This document shows, in pieces, positions 30,130 to 40,450 of a stretch of 64,000 nt of DNA. Source of the DNA: an uncultured delta proteobacterium (lineage in GTDB: Bacteria; Desulfobacterota; Desulfuromonadia; Desulfuromonadales; BM103); assembly GCA_963715335.1 (NCBI GenBank), contig CAVQRZ010000025.1:96001-160000 (forward strand). Reading direction: 5' to 3'. Under the pieces are notes generated by a model that ran no database searches, had not been told where the DNA came from, and saw only the letters and a program-made list of their open reading frames with translations. A program made the translations under genes and the position numbers. Within the stretch, counting starts at the first letter, position 1, and each line of letters opens with the position of its first letter.

Positions 30130-30522
30130 ATGGCCGAACCGAAATTTTACGCCACCGGCAGGAGAAAGACCTCTGTCGCCCGTGTCTGGATGAAGCCGGG
30201 AACAGGTGCAATTACTATTAACAAGCGGACGATGGATGAGTACTTCGGTCGCCCGACCTCCAAGATGGTTGTGCGCCAGCCGCTCGAACTGACCGACAAT
30301 GTCGGCAAGTTCGACATCGACGTCAACGTTTGCGGCGGGGGCCCTTCCGGTCAGGCCGGTGCGATCAAGCACGGTATCACCAAGGCCCTGCTCGATGTTG
30401 ACCCGAAGCTTCGTGCTGCGCTGAAAAAAGCCGGGTTCATTACCCGCGACAGTCGTATCAAGGAACGTAAGAAGTACGGTAAACGCGCTGCGCGCCGCAG
30501 CTTCCAGTTCTCCAAGCGTTAA
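30130..30522 (+). CDS. rpsI: 30S ribosomal protein S9
   Basis: [37 protein letters not shown]. Confidence 0.98.
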   Translation: MAEPKFYATGRRKTSVARVWMKPGTGAITINKRTMDEYFGRPTSKMVVRQPLELTDNVGKFDIDVNVCGGGPSGQAGAIKHGITKALLDVDPKLRAALKKAGFITRDSRIKERKKYGKRAARRSFQFSKR

Positions 30523-30561
30523 TGACTTGCGACCTTGCGGTCGCTATGATATTTGCTGGAT

Positions 30562-30590
30562 AGAGGGAAACCTGCGGGTTTCCCTCTTTT
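30562..30590 (+). terminator. Intrinsic terminator after rpsI
   Basis: AGAGGGAAACC-tgcg-GGTTTCCCTCT then ttt. Confidence 0.75.
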
Positions 30591-30611
30591 CGTTTATCAA
30601 GGAGATAAGCT

Positions 30612-31649
30612 ATGCATCGGATTGCTGTCGTTGGTGCAAGTGGATACACCGGGGCAGAGCTCTTGCGTCTGCTCGTCCAGCACCCGGAAACCGAGCTGGT
30701 ATGCGTAACCTCGCGTCAGCATGCGGGCCAACCTGTGGCTGAGATATTCCCCTCTCTGCAAAGGCTTCAGGATTTGACCTTCGAGGATCTCGACCCTGTA
30801 GGGCTGGCCAGTCGTGTTGACCTGGTCTTTACCGCCGTGCCTCATCAGACTGCCATGAGCATGATCCCGGAGTTGCTTGGTGGCGGCTGCCGGGTCGTCG
30901 ACCTGTCCGCCGATTTTCGTCTCAGGGATGTCTCTGTCTACGAAGCCTGGTATCAGGCGCACACGGCCCCCGATCTGCTGTCCGAGGCGGTTTACGGTCT
31001 GCCTGAGCTGTTTCGTGAACATCTCCCTGCAGCCAGGCTGGTCGCCAACCCCGGTTGTTATCCAACCAGTATCGCTCTGGCTTTGACGCCTTTGCTGGAG
31101 GAGAAGAAGGTCGACCTGGCGACGATTATTGTCGACAGCAAGTCCGGGACCAGCGGCGCCGGCCGTTCGGCAAAGCTGGATACGATCTTCTGCGAAGTCA
31201 ATGAAGGTTTCAAGGCATATGGACTGCCGCGGCACCGGCACACCCCTGAGATCGAGCAGACTCTCAGTATGGTCTCGGGTGAGGCTGTGACAATCAGTTT
31301 TACTCCGCACCTGCTGCCGGTCAACCGCGGCATCCTGAGTACTTGCTATGCCTCTCTTGCCGACTCCTCCAGCCTCGACCAATTGCACGAGCTCTATCTC
31401 CGCAGGTATGCCGCAGAAACCTTTGTCCGGGTTCTGCCGAAAGGGCATCTGCCGAATATCTCCCAGGTCACGGGCAGTAATTTCTGTGACATTGGCCTGG
31501 CGGTTGACGACCGTACCGGTCGAGTGATAGTGGTTTCAGTGATTGACAACCTGGTCAAGGGCGCCGCAGGGCAGGCGTTGCAGAACATGAACCTCATGCT
31601 TGGCCTGCCGGAGCAAACGGGCCTGATGATGGCTCCAAGTTTTCCTTAA
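30612..31649 (+). CDS. argC: N-acetyl-gamma-glutamyl-phosphate reductase
   Basis: [50 protein letters not shown]. Confidence 0.97.
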   Translation: MHRIAVVGASGYTGAELLRLLVQHPETELVCVTSRQHAGQPVAEIFPSLQRLQDLTFEDLDPVGLASRVDLVFTAVPHQTAMSMIPELLGGGCRVVDLSADFRLRDVSVYEAWYQAHTAPDLLSEAVYGLPELFREHLPAARLVANPGCYPTSIALALTPLLEEKKVDLATIIVDSKSGTSGAGRSAKLDTIFCEVNEGFKAYGLPRHRHTPEIEQTLSMVSGEAVTISFTPHLLPVNRGILSTCYASLADSSSLDQLHELYLRRYAAETFVRVLPKGHLPNISQVTGSNFCDIGLAVDDRTGRVIVVSVIDNLVKGAAGQALQNMNLMLGLPEQTGLMMAPSFP

Positions 31650-31664
31650 ACTGTAAATCATCCA

Positions 31665-31703
31665 ACAACAAAGGCCACCCGGTTACCGGGTGGCCTTTGT
31701 TGT
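31665..31703. terminator. Bidirectional terminator between argC and the HD-GYP gene
   Basis: Perfect 18-bp stem ACAACAAAGGCCACCCGG / CCGGGTGGCCTTTGTTGT. Confidence 0.8.
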
Positions 31704-31812
31704 CTCTCCTGTTTGCAACGTGTGGCTCGTGATTTGTCTTACCCCTGGCCCTGAACCACTCGGGCCAATGAGACTTCCAAGCGAACGTCTACGGCCTTCA
31801 TCAGCTTTTGCG

Positions 31813-33855
31813 CTAATCTGGAAGCGGGCCTTCATGACTCATTTCGACGAATGCCGCAGCCACTTCCGGATCGAATTGAGTGCCGGAATGATCCTGAATC
31901 TCCCGGATGGCAACCTCATCGGATAACGCTTTACGGTACGGTCGGTCAGATGTCATCGCATCGAAAGTATCACAGACAGCGAGAATCTTGCCTTCAATCC
32001 GCCATTCATCACCGCTTAAACCCTTGGGGTAGCCGTTGCCATCAAAACGTTCGTGGTGTTGCTCGATAATCTCGCGCACAGTGCCGAGAAACTGAATCGG
32101 CTCCAGTATGTGCACACCGATTGATGGATGCAACTTCAGGACGTTGATGTCCTCAGGGGTCAACTTCTCCTTCTTATGGAGCAAATTGACGTCAATGCCG
32201 ATCTTGCCGATGTCATGCAGAACCGCCGCCTGTTCGAGTTGCTTGAGCGCCTCGCCTTCGATGCCCAGCTTTTTCGCCAGGGCGAGACTCAACTTGGTAA
32301 CGCGTTCAGAATGACCTCTTGTATAAGCATCGTTTGCTTCAATCGCCGAGACAAGAGCCTGGACAGTGTTCAGGTAAGTGCTCTCCTGTTCTTCGTAGAG
32401 AATGGCGTTGCGGATTGCGATACTTGCCTGGGCGGCGATAGTTGTCAGGAGTTCCAGATCGGCAGGGCCGAATTCGCTGCCATCGATCGGGTTGGCAACA
32501 GTAATTGTGCCAATGACCTGGCCCTTGTCCGACAATGGCGCACATATCACTGATTCACGAATAAAACCGAGTCGGCTCATCTTACTGAATTGTCGGGCTT
32601 TGTTTACGTTCTCGATAAGCTTTGGCTGGTTGTGATTCATAACCCAGTAGGAGACTCCTCCCGATTTGAGGGGGATCTCCAGTGAGTGGTCCAAGTCTTT
32701 GGGCAGACCCTCTGATCCGCCGACAGTCAGGTTGCCGGTCTCCTGGTTTTTCATCAGGATATAACCAACCTGGGCGTGCAGTGTCTCCACGGTTTTCTGG
32801 CTGAGCAGGTTCAAAAGTTTGTCGGTGTCTATGGTAGCGTTGACAGCCAGACCCATTCTGTAAAGTGCCTGCAGGCGATCGACGGCCTGGGTGAGGCCGA
32901 CGTTTTTCTCTTCAAGCTCGCTGGCAAGATCGGCGATCTTGTAATTGGCTTCCTCAATTTCCTCGATGCGTTCTTCTAGGTTTATGTTGAGGTATTCAAT
33001 CTCCTTGAGGCGGTCCTCAAGGGTCAGGTTCATGGCATGCAACTCTTCACTGTGCGACACCTTTTCCTGATTAATGGCCATTAGCCGCTCGTTCTTGATC
33101 GTGGATTCCATCATCTCACGCAGTCGTTGAACCATGTAGTTGAACTTGGAGGAGAGCAGGGTCATCTCGTCGGAACTGCTGACGGTCGCTTGGGCCTTTT
33201 CAAATTGCCCTTGTTCAACATACTCCATGGCCGTGACAAACTTACGGATCGGCGCGTCGACATACACCAGAAGGAATGTCGTGATCACCAGAACCAGGAT
33301 GACCAGCATGACCCCCGATGCAATCATTGTCGCATTTCTGCCGCTAGCCTGCATGTCGGAAATCGCATCCAGCGAGACTTGCAGGTTCAGAATGCCGAGG
33401 ACCTGGAGGTTCTGGTCGTGGCAGGAAAAGCAGATTGGCTGGTTGTAGATGGGGACAACGGAATTGAAGTAATCTGCACCGTTATTGTTTGAAGATTTAA
33501 AGTTGAAATTGCCGGTGCGATATGCCATCAATTCGGAAGTCGTCACGAGTTCGCCGCGTTCGTGATTGCTACCCGACATCAGGATCCGACCGGATTCATC
33601 GAATATCTTGACATCCTTGATCGCAGGTTCAGAGTTGATTTTTGTCAGGATGTGTACGACGCGGTCGTTCTTGCCGTTGGCCATGTCCGTAATGATGCTT
33701 CTGTGGATCGTTTCGGCAAGCAAGCGGCCATGCTCGCTGGCAAGCCTGCTGAGCATGGCTTTCTGGGTCCTGAGGCTGTGCCAGGTCGTCAGGCCGATGG
33801 CCACGATCAGGATGATAGAACACAGCCCGATGAATTTAACCTTGAGTGAATTCAT
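31813..33855 (-). CDS. Membrane HD-GYP phosphodiesterase: periplasmic CxxCH sensor, HAMP, coiled coil, GAF, HD-GYP
   Basis: TM1, PICFSCH, TM2-HAMP, GAF (VICAPL..F..DLELL), YTRGHSERV, LHDIGK, HHERFDGNGYP, DAMTSDRPYR. Confidence 0.9.
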   Translation of the reverse strand: MNSLKVKFIGLCSIILIVAIGLTTWHSLRTQKAMLSRLASEHGRLLAETIHRSIITDMANGKNDRVVHILTKINSEPAIKDVKIFDESGRILMSGSNHERGELVTTSELMAYRTGNFNFKSSNNNGADYFNSVVPIYNQPICFSCHDQNLQVLGILNLQVSLDAISDMQASGRNATMIASGVMLVILVLVITTFLLVYVDAPIRKFVTAMEYVEQGQFEKAQATVSSSDEMTLLSSKFNYMVQRLREMMESTIKNERLMAINQEKVSHSEELHAMNLTLEDRLKEIEYLNINLEERIEEIEEANYKIADLASELEEKNVGLTQAVDRLQALYRMGLAVNATIDTDKLLNLLSQKTVETLHAQVGYILMKNQETGNLTVGGSEGLPKDLDHSLEIPLKSGGVSYWVMNHNQPKLIENVNKARQFSKMSRLGFIRESVICAPLSDKGQVIGTITVANPIDGSEFGPADLELLTTIAAQASIAIRNAILYEEQESTYLNTVQALVSAIEANDAYTRGHSERVTKLSLALAKKLGIEGEALKQLEQAAVLHDIGKIGIDVNLLHKKEKLTPEDINVLKLHPSIGVHILEPIQFLGTVREIIEQHHERFDGNGYPKGLSGDEWRIEGKILAVCDTFDAMTSDRPYRKALSDEVAIREIQDHSGTQFDPEVAAAFVEMSHEGPLPD

Positions 33856-34133
33856 AGTTTAATATCAGTTGTAATCGGCAATGCAATCCGCAAAAAACAC
33901 TAAATCTCCCGGGCACAGTCTTAAGGCTTTGTGATGTGAGTACTGTTCTTGCCGCCATGTTGCGACCGACAGGCCTGAGCTTGACACACATGCTGCTACT
34001 CTATAAAGTGGCCGCCTTGCGTAATCGCAAATTTGTTGCTGTTGACGCAGCTCTCTATTGATTTAAGCCGCTGTCCGAACATACGTCTATATGCAAAAAG
34101 CAAACCATCAAAGTCTTGTGTGTGGAATAACTT

Positions 34134-34325
34134 ATGCTCACTAAAACACTGGTTATAGTTTTGGGCGTTGTCCTGATTGTCGAGGGTCTCCCATGGTTCA
34201 TGTCACCACGAGGGACCAAGCGCATGTTGGGTGAACTCTTTCAGATGAATGACCGGACTTTGCGGTCTGTCGGGCTTGGCTTGATGCTCACCGGTCTGTT
34301 CCTTGTTTACCTTGCTAAACACTAG
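34134..34325 (+). CDS. DUF2065 family small membrane protein
   Basis: LGVVLIVEGLPWFMSP..K..LR..GL pattern, 63 aa. Confidence 0.8.
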   Translation: MLTKTLVIVLGVVLIVEGLPWFMSPRGTKRMLGELFQMNDRTLRSVGLGLMLTGLFLVYLAKH

Positions 34326-34368
34326 ATATATATTTGTTTATATTTTACATCAAGCGTAAAGATGCCCA

Positions 34369-35400
34369 ATGCAACTGAAGGATTTTGATTTTGAATTACC
34401 CCACGAGTTGATCGCACAACAGCCGCTCGACAGGCGCACTGCGTCGAGGTTGCTGTATTTGTCGCGCGGCTCTCAAACCGTTAGACATCACCAGTTCAAC
34501 GAGTTGCCTGCGATGCTGCGGGAAGGAGATCTGCTCGTCCGTAACGAAACCAGAGTGTTGCCGGCCCGTTTGCTGGGACGCAAACTAACCGGTGGGCTGG
34601 TGGAGGTTCTGCTGCTTCGTCAACTCGACTCTGAGCGGAATATCTGGCGTTGCATGACCAGGAGTTCCAGACCACTTAAGGTCGGCACTCTCCTTGATTT
34701 CCCGGCAAAGATTGGCGGCGAAGTTGTTGAAGTTATCGATGACGGACAGCGGTTGGTGCGTTTTTCCTCTCCTGGGCCGTTTCTCGAAGTGTTGGAACAG
34801 GTTGGTCACATGCCGCTCCCGCCGTATATCCGGCGTGATGACCAGCCCTTTGACAAAAATCGTTACCAGACGGTTTTTGCCAAAAATCCGGGAGCCGTAG
34901 CCGCACCGACAGCGGGTCTGCATTTCACCGAAGAGACCTTTGCGGAACTGGCAGAACGCAACATTGAGGTTTGTGGCGTCACATTGCACGTCGGGCCGGG
35001 AACCTTTCTGCCGGTGCGGACAGATAACCTGCAAGAGCATCACATGCATGCCGAAGCCTATGACATCCCGTTGGATGCTGCGGAACGGATCAACGCTGCG
35101 CGTGCAAAGGGTCGCCGTATCGTTGCCCTTGGCACGACAGTTACGCGTACGCTAGAACACGCGGTCGATGACGGTGGTCTGCTGCAGGCAGGGCAAGGTG
35201 AGACGGACCTTTTTATCAGGCCCGGACATCAATTCCGCATGGTGGATGCCCTGGTGACCAATTTCCATCTGCCCAAGTCGACCCTGTTGGTCCTGGTCTC
35301 TGCATTTGCCGGCAGGGACTTTGTCATCCGGGCGTACCGGGAGGCGATTGAACAGGGCTACCGTTTTTTCAGTTACGGTGACTGCATGTTGATTGAATAG
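34369..35400 (+). CDS. queA: S-adenosylmethionine:tRNA ribosyltransferase-isomerase
   Basis: DFDFELPHELIAQ, PLPPYI, RYQTVFA, AAPTAGLHF, TNFHLPKSTL, YRFFSYGD. Confidence 0.97.
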   Translation: MQLKDFDFELPHELIAQQPLDRRTASRLLYLSRGSQTVRHHQFNELPAMLREGDLLVRNETRVLPARLLGRKLTGGLVEVLLLRQLDSERNIWRCMTRSSRPLKVGTLLDFPAKIGGEVVEVIDDGQRLVRFSSPGPFLEVLEQVGHMPLPPYIRRDDQPFDKNRYQTVFAKNPGAVAAPTAGLHFTEETFAELAERNIEVCGVTLHVGPGTFLPVRTDNLQEHHMHAEAYDIPLDAAERINAARAKGRRIVALGTTVTRTLEHAVDDGGLLQAGQGETDLFIRPGHQFRMVDALVTNFHLPKSTLLVLVSAFAGRDFVIRAYREAIEQGYRFFSYGDCMLIE

Positions 35401-35402
35401 GA

Positions 35403-36666
<1,264 letters not shown>

Positions 36667-36713
36667 CAGATAACTAAAACTAATAAATATTAGTAACTTA
36701 AGGAGGAAAAAGT

Positions 36714-37037
36714 ATGTTTGCAACCAACGCTTACGCCATGTCCGGTGGCGCTGAACAACAGGCCGGAGGCGGCATGGAAGGGATCATCATGCTGGTGATC
36801 ATGTTCGCTATCTTCTATCTGCTCCTGATCCGTCCACAACAGAAACGCGCCAAGCAGCACAAACAGCTGGTGGAAAACCTGAAATCGGGCGACCAGGTGG
36901 TAACGGCCGGCGGTATTCACGGCAAGATCGTTGCCGTACAGGAAGATATTATCACCCTCGAGATTGCCAGCAATGTACGTATTAAAATCAACCGCCCCTC
37001 GATTGTCGGGACCAAAACCGACCAGCTGGAAGAATAG
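36714..37037 (+). CDS. yajC: Preprotein translocase subunit YajC
   Basis: FYLLLIRPQQKR, LKSGDQVVTAGGIHG; AAGGAGG RBS. Confidence 0.96.
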   Translation: MFATNAYAMSGGAEQQAGGGMEGIIMLVIMFAIFYLLLIRPQQKRAKQHKQLVENLKSGDQVVTAGGIHGKIVAVQEDIITLEIASNVRIKINRPSIVGTKTDQLEE

Positions 37038-37097
37038 CGGCGCATACAGATTTGGACGATCCGTCGATGCGGGTCGGTTGAAAGGAGATCCAACATA

Positions 37098-38696
37098 ATG
37101 TCCAACAGCTTAAAGATTCGGGCCGGCGTGGTACTGTGCTGCCTTGTCCTGGCCCTGGTCTCGCTCGGGCCGACACTCTTCGGTAGTAGTCTTCCGGACT
37201 GGTGGCGTAAGGCTTTTGACCCGATTCACCTTGGCCTTGACCTCCAAGGTGGTATGCACCTTGTGCTTGGTGTTGACGTTGACAAGGCCGTAGAAAGCCG
37301 CCTCGATACGATCGTAGACCAGACTGAGGAGCTGCTTCGCGAACAGGACGTGATTTTCAAACGCGTTGACCGCTCTTCCGGTGAACGCATTGTGGTCACC
37401 GTTTACGACGAAGAGGCGGGTGGTCAGGTTGATGCCTTCATGGATGAGACTTTCCCCAACCTGGAAGCGATGACGTTTACGTCTGACGGTGGCTATATCC
37501 AGAAAAACTATCGCCTGAGCGATAATGAGATCAATTCTGTTCAGGATTATGCGGTGCGCCAGGCGCTCGAAACATTGCGTAACCGCGTCGATCAGTTCGG
37601 TGTCAGCGAGCCGACCCTGCAGCGTCAGGCCGACAACCGTATCCTTATTCAATTGCCCGGAGTCAAGGACCCTCAAAGGGCCATTGATCTGCTTGGCAAG
37701 ACAGCCCGTCTCGAATTCAAAATGGTCATGGAAAACGCCAACCCGCAGGATGCCGTTGCAGGGAACTTGCCCCAGGGTGGACAGCTCATCTATGAGCGAC
37801 GGGTCGACCCGCGCACCGGGGCGACTTCCGAGACTCCGATCGTTGTTGAAACCAAGACCATACTCACCGGCGATCTTCTTTCCAATGCCCAGGTGCGCAT
37901 CGACACCCGTTTCAACGACCCTTACGTTGCGATCGATTTCAATTCGGTCGGTGCCAAGCGCTTCGACCAGATCACCGCGGCCAATGTCGGCAAACGCATG
38001 GCCATCGTTCTGGATGACACAGTCTATTCTGCGCCGGTGATTCGTGAGCGCATCTCCGGCGGCAGCGCCCAGATCAGCGGTAGTTTCACCGAACAGGAAG
38101 CGACTGACCTGGCCATCGTACTGCGGGCCGGTTCCCTGCCGGCGCCGGTCAATATCATGGAAAACCGCACGGTTGGTCCGTCTCTCGGTCAGGATTCGAT
38201 CAATCAGGGAATCATGTCGATTCTGATCGGCAGTTTCCTGGTCATTCTGGCGATGCTCGCCTATTACAAGTTATCAGGTCTGGTTGCCAACTTTGTGCTG
38301 ATCCTCAATATCGTTTTTATCATGGCCATACTCTCGATCTTTGGTGCAACCCTGACCTTGCCAGGCCTCGCCGGTATCGTCCTGACGGTCGGTATGGCCG
38401 TTGATGCCAACGTGCTGATCTTTGAGCGCATCCGTGAAGAAATACGTCTGGGAAGAACCGCCAGGGCAGCCCTGGAGGCTGGCTATGAAAAAGCCAAGCT
38501 GACGATCCTCGATGCCAACATCACCACCCTGATTGCCGCGCTGGTTCTCTTCCAGTTCGGCACCGGTCCGGTCAAAGGCTTTGCTGTGACCTTGTCAATT
38601 GGCATCATTTCTTCGCTCTTTACCGCAGTGGTCGTTTCGCGACTGATCTTCGACTTTTTCCTGTCGCGGAGCAAAACCAATCGTCTGAGTATCTAG
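37098..38696 (+). CDS. secD: Protein translocase subunit SecD
   Basis: LGLDLQGG, RNRVDQFGVSEP, LRAGSLPAP, GMAVDANVLIFERIREE, DANITT. Confidence 0.97.
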   Translation: MSNSLKIRAGVVLCCLVLALVSLGPTLFGSSLPDWWRKAFDPIHLGLDLQGGMHLVLGVDVDKAVESRLDTIVDQTEELLREQDVIFKRVDRSSGERIVVTVYDEEAGGQVDAFMDETFPNLEAMTFTSDGGYIQKNYRLSDNEINSVQDYAVRQALETLRNRVDQFGVSEPTLQRQADNRILIQLPGVKDPQRAIDLLGKTARLEFKMVMENANPQDAVAGNLPQGGQLIYERRVDPRTGATSETPIVVETKTILTGDLLSNAQVRIDTRFNDPYVAIDFNSVGAKRFDQITAANVGKRMAIVLDDTVYSAPVIRERISGGSAQISGSFTEQEATDLAIVLRAGSLPAPVNIMENRTVGPSLGQDSINQGIMSILIGSFLVILAMLAYYKLSGLVANFVLILNIVFIMAILSIFGATLTLPGLAGIVLTVGMAVDANVLIFERIREEIRLGRTARAALEAGYEKAKLTILDANITTLIAALVLFQFGTGPVKGFAVTLSIGIISSLFTAVVVSRLIFDFFLSRSKTNRLSI

Positions 38697-38708
38697 GAGC
38701 TTTCAAAA

Positions 38709-39641
38709 ATGCAGATTATCAAGCACGATATAAATATAGATTTTGTCGGCAAGCGCAAACTGGCCCTGATCGTGTCTGCGGTGGTGATATTCATCGGCCT
38801 GGCGTCATTGGTTGTCAACGGCGGGCCGAACTACGGTATCGATTTTGTCGGCGGCACCCTGGTTCAGGTCAAGTTTGCCGAGAATACCGATGCCGCCAGG
38901 ATCAAGGACGGTCTCGCCTCGCTTGATCTGGGCTCGGTTGTTGTCCAGCGCTTTGGCGACGATCCCAATGAGTTCCTGATCCGGGTTCAGCAGGGCGGCG
39001 AAGGCAAGGACCTTTCCGGCTTGATTTCGACAAGCCTCGAAGCAGTTTACGGCGCGGGGCAGGTCGATATCCGCCGGGTCGAGATGGTCGGTCCGCAGGT
39101 TGGTAAAGATCTTCGCCAGAAAGGCCTGCTGTCGATTTCCTATGCAATGATCGGTATCCTGGTCTACATCGCCTGGCGTTTTGAACTACGCTATGCAGTC
39201 GGAGCCATCATCGCCCTGTTGCATGACGTGCTGATCACTCTCGGGGCCTTCTCGATAACCGGGCGGGAAATCGACCTGCCGATTGTCGCAGCTTTCCTTG
39301 CGATCATCGGTTATTCGCTGAACGATACGATTATCGTTTACGATCGCATCCGCGAGAATTATGGTAAACACCAGAAGCTTGGCTTTGTCGAAGTCGTGAA
39401 CCGGTCGATCAACGAAACCCTGTCACGGACTATCCTGACTTCCGGGACGACCGTGCTGGTGGTTCTGGCTCTCTTCATCTTCGGTGGCGGTGTGATCCAT
39501 AATTTCGCATTCGCCATGCTGGTCGGCATCCTGGTCGGCACCTACTCATCTATTTTTGTTGCCAGCCCTTTACTGATCATCTGGCAGGATATGCGTTCCG
39601 GAGGGCAGAAGAAACCGAGTGCCGTAGAGGGGAGGGCGTAA
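38709..39641 (+). CDS. secF: Protein translocase subunit SecF
   Basis: GIDFVGG, VGPQVG, HDV, GYSLNDTIIVYDRIREN, GTYSSIFVA. Confidence 0.97.
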   Translation: MQIIKHDINIDFVGKRKLALIVSAVVIFIGLASLVVNGGPNYGIDFVGGTLVQVKFAENTDAARIKDGLASLDLGSVVVQRFGDDPNEFLIRVQQGGEGKDLSGLISTSLEAVYGAGQVDIRRVEMVGPQVGKDLRQKGLLSISYAMIGILVYIAWRFELRYAVGAIIALLHDVLITLGAFSITGREIDLPIVAAFLAIIGYSLNDTIIVYDRIRENYGKHQKLGFVEVVNRSINETLSRTILTSGTTVLVVLALFIFGGGVIHNFAFAMLVGILVGTYSSIFVASPLLIIWQDMRSGGQKKPSAVEGRA

Positions 39642-40220
39642 ATGAAAAAGGAAACCGTTCTGGTTGCCGTTGTGACGTTGGTGGCCGGTTTTGTCATCGG
39701 TTTGCTGGCGGGTGAAAAAACCTCCGGGCCAGGCATACAGGCGACTTCCGGTGTCCCGACCGGGCCGCCGCCGATGGTGAATTTGCAGCAGAAATTAGGC
39801 GAATTGAAAAATATCGTTGCCGCGGACCCGACCAATTTCCAGGCCTGGGTTGCACTTGGCAATGAGTATTTCGATAGCAACCAGTTCATGGACGCAATCG
39901 AGGCTTACGACAAGGCTCTGGCAATCCAGCCGAATTCTCCGGATGTGCTGACTGACCAGGGAGTCATGTTCAAACGCCTTGGCTGGTTCGACCGTGCCAT
40001 TCAGAATTTCAGCAAGGCGAATGAACTTGACCCTACCCACGCCACGAGTGTTTACAACCTGGGTGTCGTCTACCGTTATGACCTGCAGGATTTTGCCAAG
40101 GCACAGGTGGCATGGACACGCTTCCTTGAAATCAATCCAACCGGCCCTGGGTCCGACCGGGTGCGACAGGACCTCGAATCAATGCGGGCCCAAGTACCGG
40201 TTCAGCAACAACAGAAATAG
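39642..40220 (+). CDS. Membrane-anchored TPR protein
   Basis: N-terminal TM segment, TPRs (AWVALGNEYFD, VLTDQGVMF, SVYNLGVVY). Confidence 0.85.
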   Translation: MKKETVLVAVVTLVAGFVIGLLAGEKTSGPGIQATSGVPTGPPPMVNLQQKLGELKNIVAADPTNFQAWVALGNEYFDSNQFMDAIEAYDKALAIQPNSPDVLTDQGVMFKRLGWFDRAIQNFSKANELDPTHATSVYNLGVVYRYDLQDFAKAQVAWTRFLEINPTGPGSDRVRQDLESMRAQVPVQQQQK

Positions 40221-40232
40221 TCAGATACGTTC

Positions 40233-40263
40233 CGGGCCGGAGCTTGCTTCCGGCCCGTTTTTT
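40233..40263 (+). terminator. Intrinsic terminator ending the queA-secF-TPR operon
   Basis: CGGGCCGGA-gcttgct-TCCGGCCCG followed by tttttt. Confidence 0.8.
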
Positions 40264-40361
40264 ATCTGCAGGACAAATCTTTTTTTTGAAGGCAATGTGC
40301 GAAGACATGTTTGGCTTTCAGCTCTTATGTCTGCAGTCTCTTTCCCCTTTATTTTGTTACC

Positions 40362-40450
40362 CATGCCGTCAATATTGCGGCAGCAAAATACGAACTCTCC
40401 ATGGGCGTTGCCCTGGTGAGGGCGATTCTGCGCATCTGGCTGGTCTGTCT
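40362..40450 (+). repeat. 89-bp inverted, diverged copy of an internal segment of the FNT gene (partner 42522..42610)
   Basis: 79/89 nt identical to the reverse complement of 42522..42610; translates HAVNIAAAKYELSMGVALVRAILRIWLVCL vs FNT HAVNIAAAKCELSFGVALVRGILCNWLVCL. Confidence 0.9.

Noticed and set aside
33856..34133. c-di-GMP/cGAMP (GEMM-I) riboswitch upstream of the HD-GYP gene
   Set aside because: Only a partial CAAAGCC-like word; the GGCAAA..GAAA..GACGCAAAG P2 architecture is absent
40288..40298. 11-nt match GAAGGCAATGT to the FNT gene region near 42908
   Set aside because: Too short, and in the opposite relative orientation to the 89-bp copy; compatible with chance
40362..40450. DGR template/variable repeat pair (with 42522..42610)
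   Set aside because: The 10 mismatches are not adenine-specific on either strand and no reverse transcriptase is present
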